DNA of 63,990 nucleotides, the filler included, from Acidimicrobiia bacterium (GTDB taxonomy: Bacteria > Actinomycetota > Acidimicrobiia > Spongiisociales > CAZKJJ01): assembly GCA_046759765.1 (NCBI GenBank). It is 13 parts of 13 records of this genome, joined end to end, with 100 filler letters (N's around TTAATTAATTAA, not from the genome) between each part and the next. Parts side by side here need not be neighbours in the genome. Positions count along the whole stretch, not along the records: positions 5,334 to 10,549 come from JBHICV010000161.1; positions 10,650 to 15,697 come from JBHICV010000162.1; positions 15,798 to 20,811 come from JBHICV010000163.1; positions 20,912 to 25,831 come from JBHICV010000164.1; 9 more parts are not named here. One strand, written 5' to 3'. The position numbers and the translations under genes were made by a program. The number at the start of each line of letters is the position of its first letter. Positions within the stretch are counted from its first letter, which is position 1. Below are positions 9,304 to 23,140 of this stretch, one piece after another. The notes below the pieces were generated by a model. It saw only the letters and a list, made by a program, of their open reading frames with translations, ran no database searches and had not been told where the DNA came from.

Positions 9304-10383
9304 ATGCGTCGTTTCCTGCTACCGATCGCAATCCTGGTGCTGGCGGCTGCATGCGGGCCGACCCCGGCTCAACAGGAAGCCCAAGATCCAACACCAGCGC
9401 CCGAAGCCCGAGCAGCCCAGGCGCTACCCGCCGGCGGCCTCTTCGCATACTCCTATGAGCCCGGCGGCTCGTACACGTACTCCTTCCGGCTGATTGAAAC
9501 AATGGATATCACGTTCGACACTCAAGGGAACGCGGCCTTTCTGGACGGTGAAGAGCCACCGCCTGAGAGTGTCCAGGCGGATGTTCTCATCGGCGGAACC
9601 GTCACTTATGACGTAGCTGCCGGACCCGAGCCGGACACATACGAGATCACCGTTTCGGGGACGTTCGACGAGATGTCAGTCAACGGCACGGTGGACGGAC
9701 AGCCCATGCCGGACGGCATGGACCTGTCGGAAGCAGGCGCTCCGGAGCTGATTGAAGTTCCCAGTGCGACGATCGTGATCGACTCCCAAGGCAGGGTCAT
9801 CGAGGGCGCGGTTGGTGGAGAGCCTCTGCCCTCGCTGGATCTCTTCGCCGATCCCTTCTCATCTTTCGAGGGCATAACATCCGGCGGTCTCAACGGGCAC
9901 TTTGGGCCCGCGTTCCCCGAGGGCCCGTTGGAGATGGGAGAGATGTGGACCCACACGGTCACCGAACAGATCATGGATCAGACCTTCACCGCCGAGTCGA
10001 CTTACGTCGTCGACAAGGTCACGGAAGTCGACGGAGCCAAGCTGGCGGTTATCAATACGACTCGGAGTTTTTCCGGGTTGACACTCGACCTCGGTGAGAT
10101 GTTCGTCGCTCTGTTCCAGGGCTTCGCCGAGATGAGCGAGGATCCAGGCGCCGAAGCGCAGCTTGCCGATGGACTCGACTTCACCTTTCTGATCTCCCTC
10201 GCTCCCTCCACCGCGAGCGGTAACGTCTCGTTCGACCCGGCGCTCGGCTTGACCACGCAATGGACCCAAAACACCAACCTCGGGATGACGATGGACTTCG
10301 CCATGGACGACGGCAACCAGGCCGGCAGCATGAAGATGAACATGCTGTTCGATATCGCGATCGAGGCCCAGCTCGAAGCCTGA
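9304..10383 (+). CDS. Hypothetical lipoprotein
   Basis: MRRFLLPIAILVLAAAC lipobox followed by a beta-strand-rich body. Confidence 0.75.
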   Translation: MRRFLLPIAILVLAAACGPTPAQQEAQDPTPAPEARAAQALPAGGLFAYSYEPGGSYTYSFRLIETMDITFDTQGNAAFLDGEEPPPESVQADVLIGGTVTYDVAAGPEPDTYEITVSGTFDEMSVNGTVDGQPMPDGMDLSEAGAPELIEVPSATIVIDSQGRVIEGAVGGEPLPSLDLFADPFSSFEGITSGGLNGHFGPAFPEGPLEMGEMWTHTVTEQIMDQTFTAESTYVVDKVTEVDGAKLAVINTTRSFSGLTLDLGEMFVALFQGFAEMSEDPGAEAQLADGLDFTFLISLAPSTASGNVSFDPALGLTTQWTQNTNLGMTMDFAMDDGNQAGSMKMNMLFDIAIEAQLEA

Positions 10384-10427
10384 CCCCAACATTTCCCCTA
10401 TCTGGATAGGGCTAATAGGCTGAGTTT

Positions 10428-10549
10428 ATGGCCACCAAGCCGCTGCTCGAGATCGAGGACCTCCACGTTTCTGTTCAGTCACACCCCATCCTGCGGGGCG
10501 TCGATATCACCGTGAATCGAGGTGAGATCCATGCCCTGATGGGGCCTAA
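10428..10549 (+). CDS. sufC: Fe-S cluster assembly ABC ATPase SufC, N-terminus (truncated)
   Basis: [40 protein letters not shown], ending at the start of Walker A. Confidence 0.8.
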
Positions 10550-10649
10550 NNNNNNNNNNNNNNNNNNNNNNNNNNNNNNNNNNNNNNNNNNNNTTAATTA
10601 ATTAANNNNNNNNNNNNNNNNNNNNNNNNNNNNNNNNNNNNNNNNNNNN

Positions 10650-10993
10650 TCGAGTCGGGCGTGGTCCCGCCCGCCGACAGCGGCGGCCCGGAGGACTTCC
10701 AGATACCAGGACTGCGCCAGGATGAAGTTGACGAACCCGGGGCCGGCGATGTCGGCCGACTCGAGATGGGGCACTTCCGGCAGGTTTCCCAACAGGATCT
10801 CGGCCACCCGGCGGGGTGTCCGGTCCGCCCGCCCGGCGAGAGCGAGGGCGACGCTGGTGGCCCAATCGCCGTGATCTCGGTCCCGGGGACGCTTCACCTC
10901 GATGGGAACGTCGTCGACGGCAGGCAGTTCGCCCGCCTCAGCGGCACGCTCCAGGGCCCGGCGAATCGCCGCCACCAGGTCTTCGGGGAACAC
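10650..10993 (-). CDS. argS: Arginine--tRNA ligase, N-terminal domain (truncated)
   Basis: EVKRPRDRDHGDWATSVALALA and IAGPGFVNF motifs; GGAG RBS before the GTG; divergent from tRNA-Arg. Confidence 0.9.
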
Positions 10994-11102
10994 GATGTCT
11001 CCTGCAACGTTGGGCTGGGACGGGCCATGGTAACGACACACGCCAACTGGCCTGAGATGGGCGGCGGGCGGCCTCCTGCGCCCAATTGGCACCTCCCCGC
11101 CT

Positions 11103-11111
11103 TGATACAAT
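11103..11111 (+). promoter_or_regulatory. Extended -10 promoter for tRNA-Arg
   Basis: TGaTACAAT ending 9 nt before the tRNA. Confidence 0.5.
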
Positions 11112-11120
11112 CCGACGCAG

Positions 11121-11193
11121 GCCCTCGTAGCTCAGGGGATCAGAGCACCGGCCTCCGGAGCCGGGTGCGCAGGTTCGAATCCTGCCGGGGGCG
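11121..11193 (+). tRNA. tRNA-Arg(CCG)
   Basis: Cloverleaf: acceptor GCCCTCG/CGGGGGC, D arm TAGCTCAGGGGATCAGAGC, anticodon arm CCGGC-CTCCGGA-GCCGG, T arm GCAGG-TTCGAAT-CCTGC. Confidence 0.95.
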
Positions 11194-11211
11194 CCTTCCC
11201 AACGCCACCAG

Positions 11212-11294
11212 GCCGTCGTAGCTCAGGGGATCAGAGCACCGGGCGGTGCCTGTCCAGGGAGCCGGGTGCGCAGGTTCGAATCCTGCCGGGGGCG
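11212..11294 (+). repeat. Full-length tRNA-Arg-derived copy with the anticodon loop replaced (copy B)
   Basis: Matches the tRNA except for one acceptor-stem change and CCTCCG replaced by GCGGTGCCTGTCCAGG. Confidence 0.9.
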
Positions 11295-11312
11295 CTCCAG
11301 GTCGGCATATCC

Positions 11313-11376
11313 CCGGAGCATGTGAGGCTCAGCCATATGCCTTGGGACCCGAAGCGCTAGTGCATATCGTCGGTTC
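11313..11376. repeat. About 64-bp block repeated at 14528-14592, containing a dif-like arm
   Basis: GAGGCTCAGyCATATGCCTTGGGACCCGAAGCGCTAGyGCATA is shared by both copies. Confidence 0.85.
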
Positions 11377-11565
11377 CCGGACGCTTTCTAGCGACTAGGC
11401 CACGGGCCAGTCGTCGTTCTGCACACCGGTCACCGCGTCGAACCGTAGTCCGGGTCGTGGCGATGCAAAGCCGAGGCGGGATCCGTGTGGGTCCACTGCG
11501 GGGATCGCCGTTGGCGGGTGTCGTCCCACCTTGGGGCTAAGGAAGCGAGCGCGCGTGTCGGACCG

Positions 11566-12552
11566 TTAGTGGTCGACGCGGACGACGAGTTTGCCGGTGG
11601 CGTGGTTGTTTTCCATGTCGGTGTGGGCTTGTTGGATCTGGTCGAGGGTGTACGCGCGGTGGATGGGGACGTTGAGATGGCCGTCTGCGATTGCGCCGAG
11701 GTAGTGCTGGAGGACGGGCTGGGGGAGGTCGGCGCTGTCACCACTGTAGGCGGTGAGTCGTACTCCTGAGGGGATGTAAGCGATGGGGTAGAACTTGTCG
11801 ACGATCCATTGGTTGGACAGCATCCCGGTGAAGCAGACGACGCCATGGACGCGGGTGGCTTGCAGTGTGTCGGGGAGGGTGGGTGTGCCGACGAGTTCGA
11901 GGGCGAGGTCGACGCCGTCGGGGACGATCTTTCGGACTTCGCTGACGATGTCTCCTGAATCCACGATGACGTGATCCACCCCGGCGTTGGTGAGGGCCTG
12001 GGTACGTTCCGGCCTTCGGGTGGTGGAGATGACGATGAGGCCCATGTCCTTGGCGAGACTGGCGGTAGCCATTCCGATTGATGAGGTTCCTCCCCGAATG
12101 AGGAGGGTCTGGCCGGGTTGGGCGTCGAGGCCCTTGGTGAGCGAGCCGTAGGACGTTTGCAGCATCTCGGGCAGCGCTCCAACTATTTCCCAGTCAAGGT
12201 CAGTGTCAATCGGAATGATCTGGGAGGCAGGCACGAGCGTGTATTGGGCGTAGCCGCCGTCGAAGATACGGCCCATGCCGCCCATCATCGCAACAACCTT
12301 CTGACCTGGCGTGAGGTCGGTGCCTGGGGCGGTGTCGACAGTGCCGGCACATTCGATGCCGAGGACGCGGGGGAAGGTGACGCCCTCGGCGAGTCCAAGG
12401 CGGGTGTGGAACTCGGAACGATTGAGTCCGAAGGCTTCGACGCGGATGCGGACCCAACCGTGCCGTTCGGCGGGAACCGGAAGGTCGCGAATGTGGAGGG
12501 CTTCGGGAGGTCCGGGCCCGTCGAGGACAACGGCTTTCATGGTGTCTGTCAC
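11566..12552 (-). CDS. Zinc-binding alcohol dehydrogenase family / quinone oxidoreductase (MDR)
   Basis: AFGLNRSE, PRVLGIEC, DGGYAQYT, IRGGTSSIG and AHTDMENNHATGKLVV motifs. Confidence 0.92.
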   Translation of the reverse strand: MTDTMKAVVLDGPGPPEALHIRDLPVPAERHGWVRIRVEAFGLNRSEFHTRLGLAEGVTFPRVLGIECAGTVDTAPGTDLTPGQKVVAMMGGMGRIFDGGYAQYTLVPASQIIPIDTDLDWEIVGALPEMLQTSYGSLTKGLDAQPGQTLLIRGGTSSIGMATASLAKDMGLIVISTTRRPERTQALTNAGVDHVIVDSGDIVSEVRKIVPDGVDLALELVGTPTLPDTLQATRVHGVVCFTGMLSNQWIVDKFYPIAYIPSGVRLTAYSGDSADLPQPVLQHYLGAIADGHLNVPIHRAYTLDQIQQAHTDMENNHATGKLVVRVDH

Positions 12553-13055
12553 GGTGTGCCTTTCTGTTGGGTCGCGGTGAGGCCGAGTGGGTCGGGGCCG
12601 AGGTCTTCAACGACGGGGCAGTTCATCAAGGTGGAGCTTCTCTTCGAGACCGGCAGGCACTGAAATCAGGCTCCATCGCCCACTCACGAACGCCCACCGA
12701 AGTGACCGTAGTGAACTGGACCTGATTTGGTGGACACCCGATTCCGGCTGATGCCGGAGAAGGGAGGCCCCAAGAGGGTCGTCCATCAAAGCACCCGCCG
12801 GAGTTCCGCTCAGAGGCGGTCGAGTTGGAGCGAACCGCGGAACTTCCTACCGTCCCACTTTCATCGAGAAGAGCCGGCAATCATGCGGGATATGTCGAAG
12901 CGGCCGGCCGCCAAGACCATAACGGCTGCGAGGCGGCGACGCACAGAACGGCTGATCTGGACTGATATAGCCCGAACCGCCCACCCGCACCGAGCGGCAC
13001 CTCTCGAGCGCTGGCAGGGGCAGTGCATTGCTTGAGGTCGGTACCCTTGCGCCGG

Positions 13056-13517
13056 ATGCAGAGTCTGCAGGATCATTACGCTCCCAATAACCGCTGCTTC
13101 GGTTGTGGGCCTGCTAACGACAAGGGTCTTCGGATCAAGAGCTTCCCCGACGGCGACAGTCTGGTGGCACACTTCCGACCCGAGCCGCATCATGTCGCCT
13201 TCGGGCAGGTCCTCAACGGGGGCATCTGCGGAGCCCTGCTCGACTGTAACTCCAACTGGGCCGCCGCCTACCACATGATGCAGCGCGACGGCACCGACCA
13301 GCTACCGAGCACGGTCACTTCCGACTTCCACGTTGTCCTCAAGCGCCCGACGCCAATCGGATCGATAGTCGTTGTGCAGTCTCGGGTCGTTTCGTCGGAT
13401 GGACCGCGGGCGGTCGTTGAGGCGTATCTTGAGGCCGACGGCGAAGTCACCGCGACCTGCAGGGGCACTTTCGTTGTCGTCGAGGAAGGTCACCCCGCCT
13501 ATCACCGGTGGGATTGA
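13056..13517 (+). CDS. PaaI family thioesterase (hotdog fold)
   Basis: CFGCGPANDKGL, LNGGICGALLDC and EGHPAYHRW motifs. Confidence 0.88.
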   Translation: MQSLQDHYAPNNRCFGCGPANDKGLRIKSFPDGDSLVAHFRPEPHHVAFGQVLNGGICGALLDCNSNWAAAYHMMQRDGTDQLPSTVTSDFHVVLKRPTPIGSIVVVQSRVVSSDGPRAVVEAYLEADGEVTATCRGTFVVVEEGHPAYHRWD

Positions 13518-13716
13518 CGCGCATCACACCGTCGCGCCGCAGCGGCGGACCAACCCGTGGGCCAGGGGAGCGCATAGCCGAGCACCTCGGGGACGGCTGC
13601 AGGCTTCGATCCGCGCTACCAAAAGTGGCCCGGCGGCACCGCAGATCGACGGGCGGAGTCAGCTTGTGCTACGAGGTCGCGCCTCGAGCCCCGGTCTCCG
13701 GGCATGCTCGTGTGAC

Positions 13717-13797
13717 GGGATCAGGGCACTGGGCCGTTCGTGTCCAGGGAGCCGGGTGCGCAAGTTCGAATCCTGCCGGGGGCGCCTTCCCAAAGCC
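13717..13797 (+). repeat. tRNA-Arg-derived copy C (5'-truncated, modified loop, followed by the same spacer as the real tRNA)
   Basis: GGGATCAGGGCACTGG-GCCGTTCGTGTCCAGG-GAGCCGGGTGCGCAAGTTCGAATCCTGCCGGGGGCG-CCTTCCCAAAGCC. Confidence 0.85.
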
Positions 13798-13811
13798 GTG
13801 CCAGGTATGAC

Positions 13812-14099
13812 TCAGGCTGCTGGCGAGACGAACTCTATCTGCGCCTCCTCGATGAGCCGAGCAGGATCCGGTGACAGCCGATTCCGCTCCGGCGACTCGT
13901 AGTACCTGCGATCTGCCTCCTCGAAATCCCCCTCGTACGCCACGATCCATACGAAACGATTCGTCTCGGGGTTCGACCAGGCACCGACGATGTCGAAACC
14001 GAACTGTGTCCTTAGGGGCACCACCCCTGCTTTCCACCCGGTAACGAACTCGGTCATCGCTCCCGGGGTAATCCTGTAGTCGCGGAGCTGGTAACGCAC
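13812..14099 (-). CDS. NIPSNAP family protein
   Basis: YQLRDYRITPGAMTEF...FGFDIVGAW...FVWIVAY; AGGAGG RBS before the GTG. Confidence 0.82.
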   Translation of the reverse strand: MRYQLRDYRITPGAMTEFVTGWKAGVVPLRTQFGFDIVGAWSNPETNRFVWIVAYEGDFEEADRRYYESPERNRLSPDPARLIEEAQIEFVSPAA

Positions 14100-14377
14100 T
14101 TTCCGCCTCCTTTCCTGGAGTGGCAGCAGCACACGGGGTGTCGCGTTCCGCTTTCGACCCCGAATTGAAGTCGAGCAGATCTTTTGGTTATGAGCCCACA
14201 ACGCCCTTTTCACGCACCGTCCGAGATCGGAGCCTATCGAGCGGCAGCGCGAAGCCACTGCTGATGGAGGTTTCTCATCCGTCCGGCCACCGATGGGCCC
14301 GACGAAAGCCCGGCGGGCACTGGCGCCGGGTGAGCGGAGCGAAGCTGCGTCCTGCCCCCCAGCGGACCCACCCATGT

Positions 14378-14487
14378 CTGTCCAGGGAGCCGGGTGCGCA
14401 GGTTCGAATCCTGCCGGGGGCGCCTCCCCAACGCCACAAGGCCCTCGTAGGCTCAGGGGATCAGAGCGCCGGGCCGTGCCTGCCCAG
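14378..14487 (+). repeat. tRNA-derived copy D (3' half), 18-nt spacer, and copy E (5' half)
   Basis: CTGTCCAGG-GAGCCGG...GGGGGCG / CCTCCCCAACGCCACAAG / GCCCTCGTAGGCTCAGGGGATCAGAGCGCCGG-GCCGTGCCTGCCCAG. Confidence 0.88.
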
Positions 14488-14527
14488 TTGGTTCCGCGTT
14501 GACAGGGGCCATGACAAGCCCATTTCA

Positions 14528-14592
14528 CCGGAGCGTCTGAGGCTCAGTCATATGCCTTGGGACCCGAAGCGCTAGCGCATAACTGCCGGTTC
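14528..14592. repeat. Second copy of the about 64-bp block; reverse strand reads CGGCAG-TTATGCGCTAG
   Basis: Direct repeat of 11313-11376. Confidence 0.85.
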
Positions 14593-14774
14593 GCGCGCAC
14601 CTTGATCGGGCTCGCGAGGGATTCGGTCGGCGTGATTATGAGCGCGTCACTCGAGCCTGACTGAACGACCTACCTTGGGGGCCAGCGAATCATCAGCATG
14701 GCGGGCTCGCGCTCGGCCGGGTAGAACGTTGGGGATCTGGCCGTCGGCCGCCGGACCCGAAGAAAAACGCGCCA

Positions 14775-15697
14775 TCATGAGGACCAGGTTGGCCAGCTGT
14801 CGGCTGCGGGGTGGTTGCTGAAGTTGACGAGTCCCGAAGCGTCCACGTCGATGAGGTAGATCTCGTGGTTCTGACCGGGGGGCAGGTTCTCGAAAGCGAT
14901 CGTGTCTCCGTCGGGCGACCATGCCGGGATGAAGCCGAAATGGCCGTTGGCGTCTGCCAACCGCATCCGGTCGGAGCCGTCGGCGTCCATTATGAACAGG
15001 CCGTACTCCCGAGTGTCGAACGACCCGGCGAAGAAGGCGATGTGGGTGCCGTCAGGGGACCACGCCGGCCCAGCCTCATCTAAGGGATCGTCGGTGAGAC
15101 GGGTGATGTTTCCGCCGTCGGTGTCCATCACGTAGATGTCGAAGCCGGTTCCCAAGCGGTTTGAAGCGAACGCAAGGTGTTGACCGTCTGGGGACCAGGT
15201 GGCGGCGCCGTCGAAGGCAGGATGGTTGGTCAGGTTGGTCGGTCCGGTGCCGTCAGCATTCATCACGAAAAGGTCAAAGTTTCCGTCTCGATCCGAGATG
15301 AACGAGATGCGTGAGCCATCCAGTGACCATTGGGGGCGGCCCTCGACTGCTGGGGTATTAGTGAGCCGAGTTTGGTCGGTCCCGTCGTCGTTCATCACGT
15401 AGACCTCGGTGTTGCCGTCCCGGGTGGAGATGAAGGCGATGCGTGAGCCGTCCGGAGAGAAGGCCGGCTGACCGTTCCCGTTTGTTTCGGTCAGCTGTTC
15501 GATTTCAGAGCCGTCTGGGTTCATGAGGAAGATTGCCGGGTGGGCCTGGCCCCCTCGCCCTGAGGCGAAAGCGATCCTCCCTTCAGCACCGGAGGTCGTT
15601 ACCGGCCTCGTGGTTTCGGCTTCGGCCGCGGCGGATTGATCAGTGGCGGTTGTGGTTGTGGCGGTTGACCCCGTGGCCGGCGCCCCATTCCCTTGAC
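14775..15697 (-). CDS. TolB-like PD40/WD40 beta-propeller protein (5' truncated)
   Basis: Repeated PAWSPDG..IAF.S.RDGN.EIYVM motifs; the frame stays open to the contig end through a Thr/Ala-rich linker. Confidence 0.88.
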
Positions 15698-15797
15698 NNN
15701 NNNNNNNNNNNNNNNNNNNNNNNNNNNNNNNNNNNNNNNNNTTAATTAATTAANNNNNNNNNNNNNNNNNNNNNNNNNNNNNNNNNNNNNNNNNNNN

Positions 15798-16083
<286 letters not shown>

Positions 16084-16102
16084 TGGAAAAGGAGGCGTAC
16101 GA

Positions 16103-20254
<4,152 letters not shown>

Positions 20255-20266
20255 AGGTGGGAATAG

Positions 20267-20295
20267 TTGACAAATACGCATCGCACGCGTATAAA
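20267..20295 (+). promoter_or_regulatory. Sigma70-type promoter of the str operon
   Basis: TTGACA-17 nt-TATAAA upstream of rpsL. Confidence 0.8.
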
Positions 20296-20332
20296 GTAGT
20301 GGTTTTGCCTCGAGCGAGGATGACGGAGGATT

Positions 20333-20722
20333 ATGCCGACCATTAATCAGCTCGTGCGCCACGGGCGCGAGGCCGTGTTGAAGAAGTCGAAGACGCCGGC
20401 GATGGCGGGCAGTCCGCAGAAGCGTGGGGTTTGCATCCGCGTCTACACGACGACGCCGAAGAAGCCAAACTCTGCGCTCCGAAAAGTCGCGCGCGTCCGG
20501 CTCACCAATGGCCTGGAAGTGACGTCGTACATCCCGGGGGTCGGCCATAACCTACAGGAGCACTCCATCGTCTTGATTCGTGGTGGGCGCGTGAAGGATC
20601 TTCCTGGGGTTCGCTATCACATCATCCGCGGCATCTTGGACACTGCCGGGGTGACGAATAGAAAACAGAGTCGCTCCAAGTACGGCGCCAAGGCCCCGAA
20701 GGCGGGCACGGGGTCCGTCTGA
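20333..20722 (+). CDS. rpsL: 30S ribosomal protein S12
   Basis: [28 protein letters not shown] and [12 protein letters not shown]. Confidence 0.99.
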   Translation: MPTINQLVRHGREAVLKKSKTPAMAGSPQKRGVCIRVYTTTPKKPNSALRKVARVRLTNGLEVTSYIPGVGHNLQEHSIVLIRGGRVKDLPGVRYHIIRGILDTAGVTNRKQSRSKYGAKAPKAGTGSV

Positions 20723-20740
20723 TGGACGTGCGTCGTTCGG

Positions 20741-20806
20741 GCGCGGGCTCGGCCCGCGCAACCCGACTGGGGGAGGTTCGGAAGGGGGACAGCGTCCCCC
20801 TCCGAA
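20741..20806. repeat. Two GC-rich hairpins (REP-like) after rpsL
   Basis: GCGCGGGC-TCG-GCCCGCGC and TTCGGA(A)GGGGGAC-AGC-GTCCCCCTCCGAA; the contig ends 5 nt later. Confidence 0.55.
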
Positions 20807-20911
20807 GTAAGNNNNNNNNNNNNNNNNNNNNNNNNNNNNNNNNNNNNNNNNNNNNTTAATTAATTAANNNNNNNNNNNNNNNNNNNNNNNNNNNNNNNNN
20901 NNNNNNNNNNN

Positions 20912-22983
20912 CGCAGCTTCTTGGGCGTGACACGCTCCACCCTGGTCGCCGTATACGGATCGCCTGTCTCGGCCTCGATCTGGGCGTCGGTCTCGGCCTC
21001 GGTCTCCGCCTGGGTCTCGGCCTCGGTCGTCTCCAGTTTCGCCGTGAGCAACCGCTCCCAAAAGGAATCGGGCGCTCGAGTCTCCTCGCGTACCGGCGCC
21101 AAAGAGGCAAAGATGTCGTGAACTTCTTCCATCTTTTCCTTGAGGTTGGTCCCGCTGCGCCCTTTTCCTGCCTTGGGGGCCTCTTCTTCAGCAACTTCCT
21201 CCACGACCGGTGGTTCCGGAGCAGCCGGTTCCGGCACTTCCAGGTCGGTCTCGGGGGGCACTTCCGGAAGATGGAGATCCAGGTCCGAATCCTCCTCCAA
21301 CTCGGTCAGAGAGGAATACAGGGAAGGCGGAGTGGCTACGTCCGGCTCCAGCGTGGCGGCCGGTTGGGCCTCCTCGACCGCCTCCTCGACGGCAATGTCG
21401 GGTTCCGCGGCCGGCTCTATCGGTGCGAAGAGATCCGGCTCGGCCGGTTGGGCCTCCTCGACCGCCTCCTCGACGGCAATGTCGAGTCCCGCAGCCGGCT
21501 CCATAGGGGCGAAGGGATCGTAATCCGCAAACTCGTAATCCGCGGACTCGTCCAACTCCTCAAAAGGGCCCTCGGGTTCGGTCGGGGCCGCCACCCGGTC
21601 GACTTCGAGGACGGCCTCCTGGGTATCTGCCAGCCAAGGCAGGGCGTCGCTGTCGACCTGATCGGGGGCGGCCGGAGCCTCGACGGCAGTCCAGAGCGTC
21701 TCTGCCGAGGGCTGGCTATTCCAGATCAGAGCGGGGTCGGTGTCCGCCGCGCCATCCTCCTCGGGTTCCGCTTCGATCTCGGGAGCCCGGGGCTCCAGGG
21801 TCTCGACGGCATCGGGCGAGGTCGTCCAGCTCTGTTCCTCGTCTAGCTCAAAGGGGGTCTCGGCCTCGGCCGGTCCCTCGGCTGCTTCGACGACCTCTTC
21901 CGGTACTTCCAGGTCGGTCTCGGGGGGCACTTCCGGAAGATGGAGATCCAGGTCCGAATCCTCCTCCAACTCGGTCAGAGAGGAATACAGGGAAGGCGGA
22001 GTGGCTACGTCCGGCTCCAGCGTGGCGGCCGGTTGGGCCTCCTCGACCGCCTCCTCGACGGCAATGTCGGGTTCCGCGGCCGGCTCTATCGGTGCGAAGA
22101 GATCCGGCTCGGCCGGTTGGGCCTCCTCGACCGCCTCCTCGACGGCAATGTCGAGTCCCGCAGCCGGCTCCATAGGGGCGAAGGGATCGTAATCCGCAAA
22201 CTCGTAATCCGCGGACTCGTCCAACTCCTCAAAAGGGCCCTCGGGTTCGGTCGGGGCCGCCACCCGGTCGACTTCGAGGACGGCCTCCTGGGTATCTGCC
22301 AGCCAAGGCAGGGCGTCGCTGTCGACCTGATCGGGGGCGGCCGGAGCCTCGACGGCAGTCCAGAGCGTCTCTGCCGAGGGCTGGCTATTCCAGATCAGAG
22401 CGGGGTCGGTGTCCGCCGCGCCATCCTCCTCGGGTTCCGCTTCGATCTCGGGAGCCCGGGGCTCCAGGGTCTCGACGGCATCGGGCGAGGTCGTCCAGCT
22501 CTGTTCCTCGTCTAGCTCAAAGGGGGTCTCGGCCTCGGCCGGTCCCTCGGCTGCTTCGACGACCTCTTCCGGCACTTCCAGGTCGGTCTCGGGGGGCACT
22601 TCCGGACTTTCGGAATGATCAGTTCGGCTCATCACTTCGGCGATCTTGCGATCGGTCAGCGGCGTGTTGACCAGATCAGCGAGCCCAGCGCGGATGGCGG
22701 CCGTCAGCATGCGGTTGGTGGAGAGGTTGGCAACTAGGACCACCAACGCCGAGGGGTCGGCGGCCACGAGCGTCCCGGCCTCGACCACCGCTTCCTCATA
22801 GCCGAAGGAGGGGCCGAGCAACACGATATCGACGTCTCCGCCGGCCATCAGGTCGCGGGCCTGGGCAATGGAGTCAGCCCGCACAACCTCGTGGTCCCCG
22901 AGCAGACGCGTGGCTTCTTCTAGGAACCCGTCATCCCGCGCGACCAGCAGAACCTGCTTGCCCGCACGCAGCGCGTCGGTCAT
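20912..22983 (-). CDS. Protein with an N-terminal receiver-like domain and a long acidic Glu/Ala/Pro repeat region (3' truncated)
   Basis: VLLVARDD...DVDIVLLGP...AAIRAGLADLVNTP is REC-like, followed by a 223-aa repeat present twice. Confidence 0.7.
21229..22606. repeat. 669-bp in-frame tandem duplication (about 2.06 units), each unit with an internal 84-bp-period repeat
   Basis: CCGGyACTTCCAGGTCGGTCTCGGGGGGCACTTCCGGA recurs at 21231, 21900 and 22569; the translated units are identical. Confidence 0.95.
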
Positions 22984-22992
22984 GACTAGTGC

Positions 22993-23018
22993 GTCGGCAT
23001 TGGGCAGTACGGACTTGA
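22993..23018 (-). promoter_or_regulatory. Possible sigma28/WhiG-type promoter
   Basis: TCAAG-15 nt-GCCGAC just upstream of the receiver-domain gene. Confidence 0.3.
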
Positions 23019-23140
23019 GGAGGAGGTTCTCCGTGTCCGCACGGAGTGGTTACCCGCTATTCGGTATCCGTTATCCGAATTTCGAACTTGCCACGGAGGA
23101 CGGATTGCGGGCTACGGAAAACGGCCCGTCGAAGGCGGGC

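Noticed and set aside
11212..11294. Second functional tRNA or intron-containing tRNA
   Set aside because: No canonical 7-nt anticodon loop and a mismatch in the acceptor stem. The insert is far too short for a self-splicing intron, and removing 10 contiguous nt does not restore the CTCCGGA loop.
12600..13020. ORFs between the MDR and PaaI genes
   Set aside because: No recognisable motif or RBS in any frame; possibly a decayed gene, but not supportable.
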